In this document: piece after piece, positions 48,515 to 59,324 of the stretch
Layout of the letters: every line of letters begins with the position of its first letter
Position numbering within the stretch: the stretch's first letter is position 1
IMG/VR virus record: IMGVR_UViG_3300030330_005471
Direction: 5' to 3' (one strand)
Source of the DNA: a virus
Lineage: Duplodnaviria; Caudoviricetes
DNA: 64,000 nucleotides
Translations under genes and position numbers: made by a program
Notes under the pieces: model-generated
What the model was told of the DNA's origin: nothing
The model's database searches: none
What the model saw: the letters and a program-made list of their open reading frames with translations, nothing else

Positions 48515-51013
48515 ATGACAACAAAAGCAGAAAAAAGCGAAGGTGTCGATACAGCACAACAAGCAAAAAACGCTGAGGAAATGAGAGAGAATCTTTTGAT
48601 TGCTCTTGATAACGCAATCAAACTAGACGAACTTGAAGGAAAAAAAGCGCAAAAACTAGGACAACAGTTGGATTTGACTCAAAGACGCCTTGATGTTTCA
48701 ACGAAGCTTTTAGCGCAAAGTTCAAATCAATTGAGAAACTTAATAGCCCAAAAAGATTCATTGGGCCAAACGGTTGCATCAGCTGAGGAATTGCAAGCCA
48801 TATTTGATGTTGTGTCTAAAAAACAAATTGAAGGTGTACAGGCAGGTGCAAAATATAAGCAAATACTTAAAGACATGGCAGATATTAATAAAAAAGCTGC
48901 GGGAGATGATGCTGAAAGGCTTAGATTAATTAGAGAATCAGCTAAAGCAATGGAAGAACTTCGTGCAGAACAGGAAGATGTTAAGAAGTTCGGAGATAAA
49001 TTTAATAGTCAATTGGGAAATTGGGGATCAAATTTAGGTGTTGCCAACAATCTAATGTCAACATCTAGTGGAAAGATTAGCTCAATGGTGGCCGACTTAA
49101 CAACAGGGCTGACAACGGATAAGATTGCAATGGTTGGAAAAGCGTTCACTCAATTTGGGATAACAACTCTTGCATCAATTGTTGATGAGGTCTTTAAACT
49201 AGCAATTGCGCTTGATACTTTAGGAAAAGAATTTAAAAAGACAAACGGATATGCTCAAGATTTTGAATCAACTATCAAGAAAATAGACAGTAATTTATAC
49301 GCTGCTGGTTTGTCAATGGAAAAATCAGTTGAAGCTATGCAAAGTTTGAGCGACACGTATACTGATTATAATCCAAATGCAGTTTTACAAAACGAATATA
49401 TGACAACAACAATAGGTTTGCTGACCTCGGTAGGTGTTCAATCGGGTCATAGCGCAAAGGGTATTCAAATGTTATCTAAAACTTTTAAAATGACTGGAGA
49501 AGAAGCAACTGATACCTTCCAAAAAATTGTGACCTCGGGTAATTCTGCTGGGATTAGTAATAGAAAAATGGCAGCCGATTTTGAAGCTAATTTTTCTAGC
49601 TTGATTCAATTTGGAAACAGGGCAAAGCAAGTATTTAAGGAACTCGCAGCAATGTCTAAAGCAACTGGTGTTGAGATGAGTGCTCTTGTTGGAATTGCAC
49701 AAAAATTTGACACATTTGAAGGAGCAGCAACACAAGCAGCCAAATTAAACTCTGTATTGGGAGTGAACGTATCTGCCATGGAACTGATGAATGCAGATTA
49801 TGCTGAGACTATAGAACTCATTCGAGACGGAATGTCTGGTGTCAACTTTGATGAGCTTAATCGTTTCGAACAAAACTACTTAGCTCAAGCTATGGGTGCT
49901 AAGGATGTTTATGAAGCACAAAGACTTCTATCGGGTGAAGCGGATGAATATGAAAACAAAATGAAAGCTCAGGCTGAAACTCAGGACGAATTGATGAGGA
50001 TTGTGAAAGAAAACCTTCCAGTGATGGAGCGTTTGAGTATAGCTATTGGTAAAATAGCTAGGGCTGCTGAGATTGCTTTATTTCCAATTACTTTATTATT
50101 GGATCTGTTTTTGTTCATTGATGATATTACTGGTGGAATTTTGATGCCAATTTCAATGTTAGCTATTACAATAAAAGGTCTTTTTTCTGCATTTATTGCG
50201 GGAACAGAAGCATTTTGGATGTTTAAAATGGGAGTTGATGGAATAGCAGGTTTGTTGGCAGAGCTTGGAGCTGCGGGTACAGCAGCTACAGCAGCTACAA
50301 TGGGAATAATTCTGCTTTTAGCAACTGGTTGGAATATGGTTTCTAATGCTCTTAGAGAGTGGAAACCAACTTTTGAATGGCTTTGGAAAGGATTGGATTT
50401 TCTTATTATGGGTCTCTTAGCAGCTGCTGCGGCGTTAGTTCTTTTTTCAAATCCCGTTGGATGGGCTGTCGTGCTTTTCGGAGCTATTACTGGTGCAATA
50501 TATGCTTTTCGAAAGGAGCTTGCTGATTTGTGGGAGACTTTTAATTTGACGGGCTCTCCAAAGTTATATAGCATGCCAGATGTTTTTGCTTGGGGAATGA
50601 ACAAGATGGCCATTGGGATTGCAAAAGCAAAAAGTGCCCTTCAAGCGTTTGGTTCTATTCTTGTTTCGATTCACAACACCGCAATGAAACCTTTCATAAG
50701 TGCCTTCTCAAAAGTTGCTGGTGTTCTTGGTTTCGATATGGAAACCACAGAAGACGGATCAGAAGCTCAAACAGTAACCCCAACGGGTCCAAAAATGACC
50801 GCCGGGGCAGCGGGCAACGCTATTCAACAAGCAGCAATGGAAGTAAAGACTATCGTCGTTGCTCAATTGAAAGAAACAGGAATTCAAGAAACTGCTGACG
50901 AGTTAGCTAAAATAGCTAAAATAATGGACGGAAAAGACCCCATAACAAATGTAACCATCAACCTAGACGGTAGACCTCTTAAAGACTTCATTTGGAGGAC
51001 CATAGCGGGATGA
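48515..51013 (+). CDS. tape measure protein
   Basis: 832 aa helical Ala-rich protein with hydrophobic C-terminal segments, directly after chaperone. Confidence 0.85.
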   Translation: MTTKAEKSEGVDTAQQAKNAEEMRENLLIALDNAIKLDELEGKKAQKLGQQLDLTQRRLDVSTKLLAQSSNQLRNLIAQKDSLGQTVASAEELQAIFDVVSKKQIEGVQAGAKYKQILKDMADINKKAAGDDAERLRLIRESAKAMEELRAEQEDVKKFGDKFNSQLGNWGSNLGVANNLMSTSSGKISSMVADLTTGLTTDKIAMVGKAFTQFGITTLASIVDEVFKLAIALDTLGKEFKKTNGYAQDFESTIKKIDSNLYAAGLSMEKSVEAMQSLSDTYTDYNPNAVLQNEYMTTTIGLLTSVGVQSGHSAKGIQMLSKTFKMTGEEATDTFQKIVTSGNSAGISNRKMAADFEANFSSLIQFGNRAKQVFKELAAMSKATGVEMSALVGIAQKFDTFEGAATQAAKLNSVLGVNVSAMELMNADYAETIELIRDGMSGVNFDELNRFEQNYLAQAMGAKDVYEAQRLLSGEADEYENKMKAQAETQDELMRIVKENLPVMERLSIAIGKIARAAEIALFPITLLLDLFLFIDDITGGILMPISMLAITIKGLFSAFIAGTEAFWMFKMGVDGIAGLLAELGAAGTAATAATMGIILLLATGWNMVSNALREWKPTFEWLWKGLDFLIMGLLAAAAALVLFSNPVGWAVVLFGAITGAIYAFRKELADLWETFNLTGSPKLYSMPDVFAWGMNKMAIGIAKAKSALQAFGSILVSIHNTAMKPFISAFSKVAGVLGFDMETTEDGSEAQTVTPTGPKMTAGAAGNAIQQAAMEVKTIVVAQLKETGIQETADELAKIAKIMDGKDPITNVTINLDGRPLKDFIWRTIAG

Positions 51014-52437
51014 CATGGTTTAACAAAACAACAAAGACCTATTCCGGAGAGACTGATCTCGATCAAGGAACAGATGGTTCAAGTGAATACTTGAAGTCTA
51101 GAAAGATTCGGCTTATAATAGGTCATCATAACACAGGAGCAACAATCTCCTTTAAACCCTTTTTGACTGGCTATTCGATGGCATTGAGCAGTAAACAGAT
51201 TGACAAGACAAACGAATATCTGAGATTAACAAAGCAAAATATCTTCGCAACAGATTCTCTTGGTATTGATGTAACTTTTTCATTAGACTTGTTAGCACAT
51301 TCTGTCAATGAAGCAAAAGTCAACATGATGAGAATAAACGAATTGGAACACATGCATAAGTCAGTAGTGCCAAATGATGAAAATGGAAATTTTTACTTAA
51401 TGAATATCTACTATGTTTCTTTCGCAAACATTTTAACAGCAAAATATACCAGCAAACAGACCATATCCAACATGACCCAATTAAAACAAATTGGAGTTCC
51501 TTGTTTCATGGAAGGTTTTACATTCTCCATAGATAAAGAAATGGGAATGTTTGAACATAATGGGTCCCTATATCCAAAAAAATATAGTTTGGAATTAAAG
51601 TTTAAGATCTCAAACGCAGCCTATAAAGAAGCGCAACCCACAACCAAAGTTGAATATCTATGGCTTCCTCTTCTAGAAGAGATCAATAGTCATTATGATG
51701 AAGATATCAAAACTTTTCCTTTCGGAATAACTAGTCCGAAGGGTAGAAGAGGAACTGATGGTGCTGACGAGTGGAGTTCAAATCATGGAGCACATATCTA
51801 TATTGGTGGAACTTCTAATCGTTTCTTTCAAAAATTCAAGCCTTACCTAGACTCTTTCAGTTGGACATATACCCACAGTAATTTAAAAATAGAAGAAGAA
51901 AAGTTTGTCGGAGGAGGCTTAAGATATCAAGGTGGTGGGGGAGAAACTCTTTTAGAACATAAGGTGTCTTTTTCTGTCTTGAGTCATAGTGTTAACGAAG
52001 CGATAAATAATATGTGGAAATTACAAATGCTTATCAGATTAGCTGATCAATTCTACCCACAATATCTCTCCGATGGTGAGTTAGAGTGGAGCAACGATTA
52101 TCCAGACGCACCAACAATATATTTCAAATTTAATGATATAAATTCCAGCCAAAAAAACAGCACAATAAATTCTTGGGATGATCTTTATTTGGCATCAAAA
52201 AAATACTATATGAAGGGTATCTCTTTTAACTTTGATATATCAATGGGAATGTTCGAACACAAAGGAATGCTTTATTTTAAAAAATATGATGTCTCTCTTG
52301 ATTTGAAAAGAGTAAGTGCTGGAACCGGTAAGTGGCGAACAGAAACTAGCTGGTATGGGAAAGATAAGCCCGAGCTTAAGCAAGGTAAAAAACATAAAAA
52401 CTACCACCATGCCATTGACCATCACATATTTAAATAA
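51010..52437 (+). CDS. baseplate/tube-initiator protein with tandem duplicated domain
   Basis: Start ATG 51010 after GGAGG; FKP.L...HSVNEA..NM...MGMFEH.G..Y.KKY occurs twice. Confidence 0.55.
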   Translation: MTWFNKTTKTYSGETDLDQGTDGSSEYLKSRKIRLIIGHHNTGATISFKPFLTGYSMALSSKQIDKTNEYLRLTKQNIFATDSLGIDVTFSLDLLAHSVNEAKVNMMRINELEHMHKSVVPNDENGNFYLMNIYYVSFANILTAKYTSKQTISNMTQLKQIGVPCFMEGFTFSIDKEMGMFEHNGSLYPKKYSLELKFKISNAAYKEAQPTTKVEYLWLPLLEEINSHYDEDIKTFPFGITSPKGRRGTDGADEWSSNHGAHIYIGGTSNRFFQKFKPYLDSFSWTYTHSNLKIEEEKFVGGGLRYQGGGGETLLEHKVSFSVLSHSVNEAINNMWKLQMLIRLADQFYPQYLSDGELEWSNDYPDAPTIYFKFNDINSSQKNSTINSWDDLYLASKKYYMKGISFNFDISMGMFEHKGMLYFKKYDVSLDLKRVSAGTGKWRTETSWYGKDKPELKQGKKHKNYHHAIDHHIFK

Positions 52438-52449
52438 AAGGAAAATACC

Positions 52450-52770
52450 ATGCCAGAATATTCACAACAAATAGTAAAAAATGATGATGAAGTTTACGAC
52501 TTCTTGTTTCAACCAAGAGGAATACCTTATGCTATTCAATACAAAACAAAAGTGTTTTCAAAAGATATCAAAGAAGTTAATATTCGAGTTTATAAGCACA
52601 CTTGGAAACAAGGCGATAAATTATACAAATTGGCTGCGAAACACTATAGAACATTCAAATACTGGTGGGTTATCGCAATCGCCAATAAAATCTCCTCAGA
52701 AGCAGATCTGGATTATGGAGATCAAATTGTAATTCCAATAAGAGCGGAAGACATAATAAACAATATTTAA
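52450..52770 (+). CDS. LysM-containing baseplate wedge protein (gp53-like)
   Basis: H.WKQGD.L..LA..HY....WW.IA.AN...GDQI.IP LysM pattern. Confidence 0.75.
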   Translation: MPEYSQQIVKNDDEVYDFLFQPRGIPYAIQYKTKVFSKDIKEVNIRVYKHTWKQGDKLYKLAAKHYRTFKYWWVIAIANKISSEADLDYGDQIVIPIRAEDIINNI

Positions 52771-52779
52771 GGAAAAACC

Positions 52780-55700
52780 ATGGCAGATCCAGTCAATTTA
52801 GATGCAGTACTAAAGAAAGTTGAAAATAAAGAACCTCTCAGTACCGAAGAACATAAAGCACTTAATGATGCTTGGGCAATTACGGATGAAACGGAGCTTG
52901 TCATCAGCAACGGAGAAGAGTATGAGAGTCTTCAGTCCTTAGAATCATCCGATGGAGGTGTTGTTGTATTTGAAGACGATATCGAAAGAGCCTTGGCTAT
53001 AGGCGATGAAAAAACGTTTGCTGAAAAGTTAGCTGCTGAAGGAGAAAAAGTAGGAAAACATCTAGGAAATAAACACAAAGATGATGGTACGCCTTTAACA
53101 AAGGAGGAAGCATTAAACATTTGGAACTCTTTAACGACCGAGTCAAAAAAAGAAATATATAAAGGATATTTTGATGATGGATCATTATATACATCTATGG
53201 ATGACGCTCTGCAAAGGGCAAAGAATGAACAAGCCGACACACAGATGGGTATTTGGGCAACTGCTGGTGCTGCTTATGGACTTACCAATACAAAAGATAA
53301 TCTACAGCAAGCACAACAAGCAGCTCTCGACGGAAACGCAAATAAACCAGCGGCTTCACCTTCCGAAGAAGACGATGAGGATAAAAAGAACGAAGTACTT
53401 GGAGAAGGCAATGGGATTCTGTTTCAATGTTATTTATTAAACGGTGTTACTCAAATAACAAACGAATTTAATAGTTCCAACGATGGGACATACGCAGATC
53501 GTTTACGAAGAATAAGATTAGATCGTCCAGAAAAGTTCTTTAACTCAATGGGTTTTCCAAAAGATGGAGAAAGGTTATATCAAGTAAACAGTGGATACAC
53601 AGCAAAACCAGACTTTGATTTATATCTTGTCAAAGGTGGTGACAAGATAGATCTTAAAGAGTCAATGAAAAAACAATCAACAGGTGCTAAGCCAAAAATC
53701 AGTTCAATAAACGTTAGCTTTAACGGAACCGATCCGGCATCAGCTAGAAGTGACATTAAGGTTGACATAGAAATCACAATAAAATCTAATTTGTCAATTT
53801 TGGGAAAGAACTTTGACAAAGTACGTGTATTACAAAATGGAAAGTGGAAAACAATACCACAAAACCCAAGCGCAGAAACTGCTCACAAAATTATGGACAT
53901 GGTTGTAAGACCAGAGTTCATAAGAGAGGGCGGAGATATTAAGGCATACGAAAGAAGCCAATATCATCCAGAATACAATCGATGTGAATTGGTGTTGACA
54001 TCTGTTTTTGATCACAAAGAAAATGAAAAGATAAAAAACTCTGTTAGCTTTGGACTAACCATGGTAGATCATGAAGTAGATTACTCAATAACACCAGCAG
54101 AAGGACCAGTTGTAAAATTGAGACTTAGCTATTATTCATACGTTCAATCGTATTTAAATCTTCCATACATGGATGTACTTGGTGGAAAAGAAGTGTTGAA
54201 TAGGCGTATGCAAAGAGAAAAAACAATTCAAATTGCTGTTGGAGAAGGTTGTGACGAAGCTTCGATCCACAGAGCAAAAAAAGCAATGAAATCAGCTAAC
54301 GTAGCAGAAATACAAAACTCCAAAACAAGAATATTTGAAGAACTGAAAGAACAGAAGCTTATATGGAGAACCGATGTTTCAGACAGTGAACTTGAGAAGG
54401 TTCGAAAAGCAACAGAAAAAGGAGAAGTTGGATTCTACGGAAATAAACTACAAAAAGGTTATGAGATAGTTAAGTCTGAAGAGGGAGAGATTGATAAGGA
54501 AACTTTGGATTACTCAACAGGATCAAGCGGGAATGCAAAAAAATATATTTATTTTGTTTCTCTCGGAGATTTGATATGCTCATTGGCAGATATATTTTAT
54601 GAAAACAAATATCCAGCTTCCGGCGGCTATGATTCAAATTTTGTTGGAAAACTTGAGATAAAATTTTTGCTTTTAGACATTTTAGTTAAAAATCCGGAAG
54701 GCAAAGATGTTAAAGTAAATCTAGCAGACATTCCAATATCAATGGAGTTTCTTGGAGACTTTCTTCTCGAGAACTACTTCAAGAAAGAGGTTCAATATGC
54801 ATCTTTCATGACGTTTATTCGCAATCTTGTCGAAAAAGCTGTTTCAAATATGCTTAAAAAGACTTGTTTCATGGAAAAGCCTTGGAGTGGCAACGTTCGA
54901 GTAACAAGTTTTCGAGCGTTAAAGACGTCGTGGGAAAGTTTATCAGTAGATGAAAAATATGTTCCCGGCAGTAAATTGAAAAACATCGGAGCCCAAATGG
55001 GAGGCATTGATAGATCCGAAGATGATTATTATACATATATCATAGTGCATGCATCAAACCAAAACTACCAATCAGAACTTATAAAATCAGTTTCCAAAAG
55101 AAGCTCGGATGTTGAGAAAGAATTTCCAATCTTGCGAGATATGGGAAAAGCAAAAACAGGCGCCGATGGTGCTGCGATCCCGAAAGGAACGGAAAATCCC
55201 GTATATGGTACAGATATTGGCTGTTTTTTATCATTCAAAAAGACAGATTCAACAGGACTCAGAGAAAGTAGATACTTTCAATATCAAGCCGATGAATTTG
55301 TAGCAATTGGTAACGTTTACGATTGTACAATTAACTTTAAAAACAATTTATTAAATTGGTTTCTTCCCGGTCACATTGTCATAGTAGATCCGTATGTTGG
55401 AACAGACGCTCGTGCATGGAACGATGCGAAATCAATAGGTAACAGGTTAGGGCTTACCGGTTTTTATCTTGTAACTAAAGTTGAGCACAAATATGGAGGT
55501 GAGGATTCTTCGTTTTGGGACACTACACTGCAAACGAAGTGGATAGCTAGCGTGACGGGAAATATTAGAGGAAGAAAAGGGGCTATTCAAAACATCAACG
55601 ACGGACCCAAGGGATGTGATATCAATATATTTGCCGATGAATTAAGTGCAGATAGTGTATTAATTTCGACGACACCACCGGCTAAAGAGAACCCTCCCAG

Positions 55701-55962
55701 TGTTGCAGAAGAACAAAACACACAGCCCACCGAAGAACCTGCCACAGAACCGAGTACAGAACCGAGTCAGGAACCAACAACAGAGCCAACTTCAGAACCT
55801 AAAACAATAAAGCAACAAACATCAAAGCAACAAACACCAAATATTCCGGAGACGAAGACGCCTGTGAAAAAGCCAGAACCTGAGCAAGATAAGAAAAAGA
55901 AGGACAATCCCGGAAAGGAATTAAAGGCTTCTGATGGCACTGAAGCGCCAGTACTCGAATAA
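52780..55962 (+). CDS. large baseplate hub-like protein
   Basis: Position after LysM gene; GLTGFYLVTKVEH hub-type motif; Pro/Thr/Glu repeat tail. Confidence 0.5.
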   Translation: MADPVNLDAVLKKVENKEPLSTEEHKALNDAWAITDETELVISNGEEYESLQSLESSDGGVVVFEDDIERALAIGDEKTFAEKLAAEGEKVGKHLGNKHKDDGTPLTKEEALNIWNSLTTESKKEIYKGYFDDGSLYTSMDDALQRAKNEQADTQMGIWATAGAAYGLTNTKDNLQQAQQAALDGNANKPAASPSEEDDEDKKNEVLGEGNGILFQCYLLNGVTQITNEFNSSNDGTYADRLRRIRLDRPEKFFNSMGFPKDGERLYQVNSGYTAKPDFDLYLVKGGDKIDLKESMKKQSTGAKPKISSINVSFNGTDPASARSDIKVDIEITIKSNLSILGKNFDKVRVLQNGKWKTIPQNPSAETAHKIMDMVVRPEFIREGGDIKAYERSQYHPEYNRCELVLTSVFDHKENEKIKNSVSFGLTMVDHEVDYSITPAEGPVVKLRLSYYSYVQSYLNLPYMDVLGGKEVLNRRMQREKTIQIAVGEGCDEASIHRAKKAMKSANVAEIQNSKTRIFEELKEQKLIWRTDVSDSELEKVRKATEKGEVGFYGNKLQKGYEIVKSEEGEIDKETLDYSTGSSGNAKKYIYFVSLGDLICSLADIFYENKYPASGGYDSNFVGKLEIKFLLLDILVKNPEGKDVKVNLADIPISMEFLGDFLLENYFKKEVQYASFMTFIRNLVEKAVSNMLKKTCFMEKPWSGNVRVTSFRALKTSWESLSVDEKYVPGSKLKNIGAQMGGIDRSEDDYYTYIIVHASNQNYQSELIKSVSKRSSDVEKEFPILRDMGKAKTGADGAAIPKGTENPVYGTDIGCFLSFKKTDSTGLRESRYFQYQADEFVAIGNVYDCTINFKNNLLNWFLPGHIVIVDPYVGTDARAWNDAKSIGNRLGLTGFYLVTKVEHKYGGEDSSFWDTTLQTKWIASVTGNIRGRKGAIQNINDGPKGCDINIFADELSADSVLISTTPPAKENPPSVAEEQNTQPTEEPATEPSTEPSQEPTTEPTSEPKTIKQQTSKQQTPNIPETKTPVKKPEPEQDKKKKDNPGKELKASDGTEAPVLE

Positions 55963-55974
55963 GGAAAACAAACC

Positions 55975-57255
55975 ATGACTAAATTTAACGGTTCAAATAA
56001 AACAAAATCATCATTTGAGGCTTACTTCAACAGAACCAAATGGAACAGTGAAGCATATGATACAGACATATTAGACCCTCAGACAAACAAAAACGAACAG
56101 ATCGAGCCAATAGTGTCGAAAAAATTTAATCTTTCCGAACGGCATTTGTTTGGGCTTGTGAATTACGAAGGAAAACCGGTTGAGCCAATGACAGCATATT
56201 TGGAATCGTTTCCGTTAAAAATGGCCAAGGAAGAACTCAAGTCAGTATTCCCGTTTTTTAAGAATCAAATCTTAGACCTTAAGAAGGTGCTAGACAAAAC
56301 AAAACTTATTAATGTTTCTCAAAACAATAAATGGATAAACAATATCACAATTTATCGAGCATATGACCCTCCTCAAGAATTGTATACACAATATCTATCA
56401 ACAATAGTCTCAGACTTTGTCGATAATGGCATAAATGCCGAAGATGATATTGGTAAAAGGTTCCGCTCTTACAATATAACACATTTTGAGAGCTTTGTCA
56501 ACAATTTTTTATCTTTTTGTGAGATAAAATATGAAAAACAACCAATATTGTATAGCACATGGTATCTATCTGGTAGAAATTCGATGTATTCATCAGGACT
56601 TAGAGTGAAGATAAGTGATCTTGAGTACGGAGAAGACCAACCATTGTATAGTCAGTTAATAAACACACCAGAATTTGAGTGCTACAAAAAAGCCGTTAAG
56701 TCAGTTGGCCTTGCCTTTGACTTTAATGACCCATCGGTCTTGGTACCAGACTTCGGTTCTCCAGCGATAGAACCATATTTATCTTCTCAAACTAATATAT
56801 TTACTTATTATAGATCTACCAATTATAATGATTATAATTTATTATATAATATATTAATTAATTTATATAATTTATATACAACTAAACAACAGTTTGTAAT
56901 TAAATTCTCAGATTCATGTGGTAAATTAAAATGGGATTTTAAAAAGTTATTTATTGCTCCAATCAATCCAGAATTAAATGATCTTTCGATATATCTTAAA
57001 TTAAAATCAATCGAGGATCCTTCATTAAACAACCGTCAGCTCGCAACTCTTAAAAAAAATGCGGAATTCTTTCAAAAAAGATTTGACAACCAAACCTCAA
57101 TAGGATATATTAATGATATCTACTTGAATTTGTATTATTCAAAACCATTTTCGTTTAAAGATCTTTACAATAAAGTACTTTTACGAGAACAGAAGAAACA
57201 AGAACAAATAGGTACCAGCATATTCGGAGGTAAGCATGGTATTTCAGGTTATTGA
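55975..57255 (+). CDS. hypothetical protein
   Basis: 426-aa ORF containing an extremely AT-rich stretch and an internal promoter. Confidence 0.55.
   Translation: MTKFNGSNKTKSSFEAYFNRTKWNSEAYDTDILDPQTNKNEQIEPIVSKKFNLSERHLFGLVNYEGKPVEPMTAYLESFPLKMAKEELKSVFPFFKNQILDLKKVLDKTKLINVSQNNKWINNITIYRAYDPPQELYTQYLSTIVSDFVDNGINAEDDIGKRFRSYNITHFESFVNNFLSFCEIKYEKQPILYSTWYLSGRNSMYSSGLRVKISDLEYGEDQPLYSQLINTPEFECYKKAVKSVGLAFDFNDPSVLVPDFGSPAIEPYLSSQTNIFTYYRSTNYNDYNLLYNILINLYNLYTTKQQFVIKFSDSCGKLKWDFKKLFIAPINPELNDLSIYLKLKSIEDPSLNNRQLATLKKNAEFFQKRFDNQTSIGYINDIYLNLYYSKPFSFKDLYNKVLLREQKKQEQIGTSIFGGKHGISGY
57083..57111 (+). promoter_or_regulatory. intragenic sigma70-type promoter for the polymerase gene
   Basis: TTGACA-17nt-TATATT. 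Confidence 0.55.
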
Positions 57256-58423
57256 CGACAAAAAAGAGTGCTTAGGGTATTTCTCAAATGGAAAATTGAG
57301 GTTTCGCAAACCAAATGATACTCTAACCGCTACTTGGGATTGGTCATCCCACATTGGAGATCTCGATGTTCAGTTGGCAAGAATATATGCCGACGGAAAG
57401 AGCATTTCCGAAGCGTGTCCCGAACATCTCAAAACGAGATGGGAGACGCATGAGAGAAGAATAAAAGCACATATTCGTTCATTCATCCATTCGGGTGTCA
57501 ATATGGAAGATGTTTGTTTTTATGACCTCGTACCAGAGAGACATGTTGCTCATTACTACGAAACTCTCAATGAAATAACCGAATGGGTTCTTCAAAACAA
57601 TGACAGACCCCGTCATTATCGCTTACTTCACGACACAACAGTAATGTGTAAAGAAATAGCTAACCAAGAGGTGAGAGTGGATTGGCCTCTTCTCAAGAAA
57701 TACGCAAAAACCGATCAAAAAGCTTTTCATATTGCTAAGCGATATTGGGAACAAAAAGTTTTTGTTAAATATAACCCTTATGGAACGGTCACAGGCCGTT
57801 TGGGACTTGAGGAGGGGTCTTTCCCCATCCTTAACTTTAAGAAAGAAATAAGAGACGTTATCGTCCCTAAATGGGACGGTTTTGTTGAGCTTGACTTCAA
57901 TGGTGCCGAGTTAAGGACCCTACTACACCTCTCCGGGCACCCACAACCCACAGGAGACATTCATGATTTCAATCAAAGCCACATTTTTAATGATAATATT
58001 TCTCGAGATGATGCGAAGACAAAGATCTTTGCATGGTTATACAACCCGACTTCAAAAGCAGTTGACACTGAGTACTACGATAAATCGAAAGTATTGGAGA
58101 AGTGCTATAATGATGGAGTTGTCACTACTCCGTTTGGAAGAACAATACCTTCAGATGATTTCCATGCACTCAACTATCTCATACAATCAACTTCGTCGGA
58201 CAATTTCCTTGATAGGGCAAACGCCATCCATCGATTCTGTCGAAACCTCAAAACAAATGTAGCGTTCCTTGTGCACGATTCAATTATATTAGATGTTCAC
58301 GCATCTGAACGAGACGAGATAAGAAAACTTATTGAGATATTCTCCGATACAAAACTTGGAGAGTTCAAGGTAAACGTTTCAATGGGCAAAACCCTTGGAT
58401 CAATGGAGAAAGTACAAGGGTGA
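57236..58423 (+). CDS. minimal family-A DNA polymerase-like protein
   Basis: TVTGRL, motif A LDFNGAELR, motif B R...K...F...Y, ALNYLIQS, motif C VHDS; no exonuclease motifs recognised. Confidence 0.75.
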   Translation: MVFQVIDDKKECLGYFSNGKLRFRKPNDTLTATWDWSSHIGDLDVQLARIYADGKSISEACPEHLKTRWETHERRIKAHIRSFIHSGVNMEDVCFYDLVPERHVAHYYETLNEITEWVLQNNDRPRHYRLLHDTTVMCKEIANQEVRVDWPLLKKYAKTDQKAFHIAKRYWEQKVFVKYNPYGTVTGRLGLEEGSFPILNFKKEIRDVIVPKWDGFVELDFNGAELRTLLHLSGHPQPTGDIHDFNQSHIFNDNISRDDAKTKIFAWLYNPTSKAVDTEYYDKSKVLEKCYNDGVVTTPFGRTIPSDDFHALNYLIQSTSSDNFLDRANAIHRFCRNLKTNVAFLVHDSIILDVHASERDEIRKLIEIFSDTKLGEFKVNVSMGKTLGSMEKVQG

Positions 58424-58448
58424 TTTTACAAAAAAAGGAGAAAAGACA

Positions 58449-59258
58449 ATGGTGATTATAGGACTTGGTGAAGCAGGAAAAAACATATGCTCTAAAATGC
58501 CCAAAAACGGCAACATACGGACAATAGTTGTCGACGGGGGTAAACACCTTCCGAAGTGTTCAACACACGAAGAATACGAAGCTAGCGTCCCTAAGATGGC
58601 AAATAAGCTTAAGCTTGGCAAACAACAAGATATCTGGCTCATCACAGCAGGAGCTGGCAAGGTTTCTGGTGCATGTTTGGCAATATTGGAACAACTTAAA
58701 GACCGAATAATAAATGTAATCCATATCTCGTCCGATCCTATTCTTCTTTCAAAGACTCAAGTAAAACAAGAACGAGTGGTTTTCAATGTTTTACAGCAAT
58801 ATGCAAGGTCTGGCATGATAGATGGTTTGTGGTTGTTCTCAAACCCTCAAATTGAAGAGTTCGTTGGAGAAGGTTCAATCGAGAACTATTATGACAATAT
58901 TGACAATGCGATCGTCAACTTTATTTCAAACTATGGATATTTCTCAAATACCGAACCGTTTATGGGATCGCATCATGAGCCCAAGGAGATCTCCCGAATT
59001 CGTACCGTGAGTCTCGGAAACATAGAAAATAATCAAGAAAATTTATATTTTTTACTTGACAACATAACAGAATCATGTTATTATTATAGTGTAAGTGAAG
59101 AGGATAAAAAAAATAACAAAAACTTCTTGACAAATGTTAAGAAACATGTTATAATAGATAAAGAGAAAAACATTGAGTCATCATTTGGCTTATGGGAAAA
59201 CTCTTCCAACTTCTCTTATTTTTATTCAGTAAAATATACACACTATATCCAAGAATAA
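58449..59258 (+). CDS. divergent tubulin/FtsZ-like protein
   Basis: Start ATG 58449 after AGGAG; IIGLGEAGKNI N-terminal loop; degenerate signature AGAGKVSG. Confidence 0.55.
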   Translation: MVIIGLGEAGKNICSKMPKNGNIRTIVVDGGKHLPKCSTHEEYEASVPKMANKLKLGKQQDIWLITAGAGKVSGACLAILEQLKDRIINVIHISSDPILLSKTQVKQERVVFNVLQQYARSGMIDGLWLFSNPQIEEFVGEGSIENYYDNIDNAIVNFISNYGYFSNTEPFMGSHHEPKEISRIRTVSLGNIENNQENLYFLLDNITESCYYYSVSEEDKKNNKNFLTNVKKHVIIDKEKNIESSFGLWENSSNFSYFYSVKYTHYIQE

Positions 59259-59303
59259 AAAAAATAAAAAAATAATTTGACAAACTTAACAAAGTATGTT
59301 ATA
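59257..59303 (+). repeat. 47-bp exact direct repeat, copy 1 (promoter-containing)
   Basis: A8-T-A7-taatttgacaaacttaacaaagtatgttata, identical to 59739-59785. Confidence 0.95.
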
Positions 59304-59324
59304 ATATAAAATATCGGAGACACA

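Noticed and set aside
49981-50613. 210-aa minus-strand ORF
   Set aside because: Antisense shadow of the hydrophobic tape-measure region; no RBS or motif
55710-55800. EPTTEPS-type tandem repeats
   Set aside because: Ordinary low-complexity linker at a protein C-terminus
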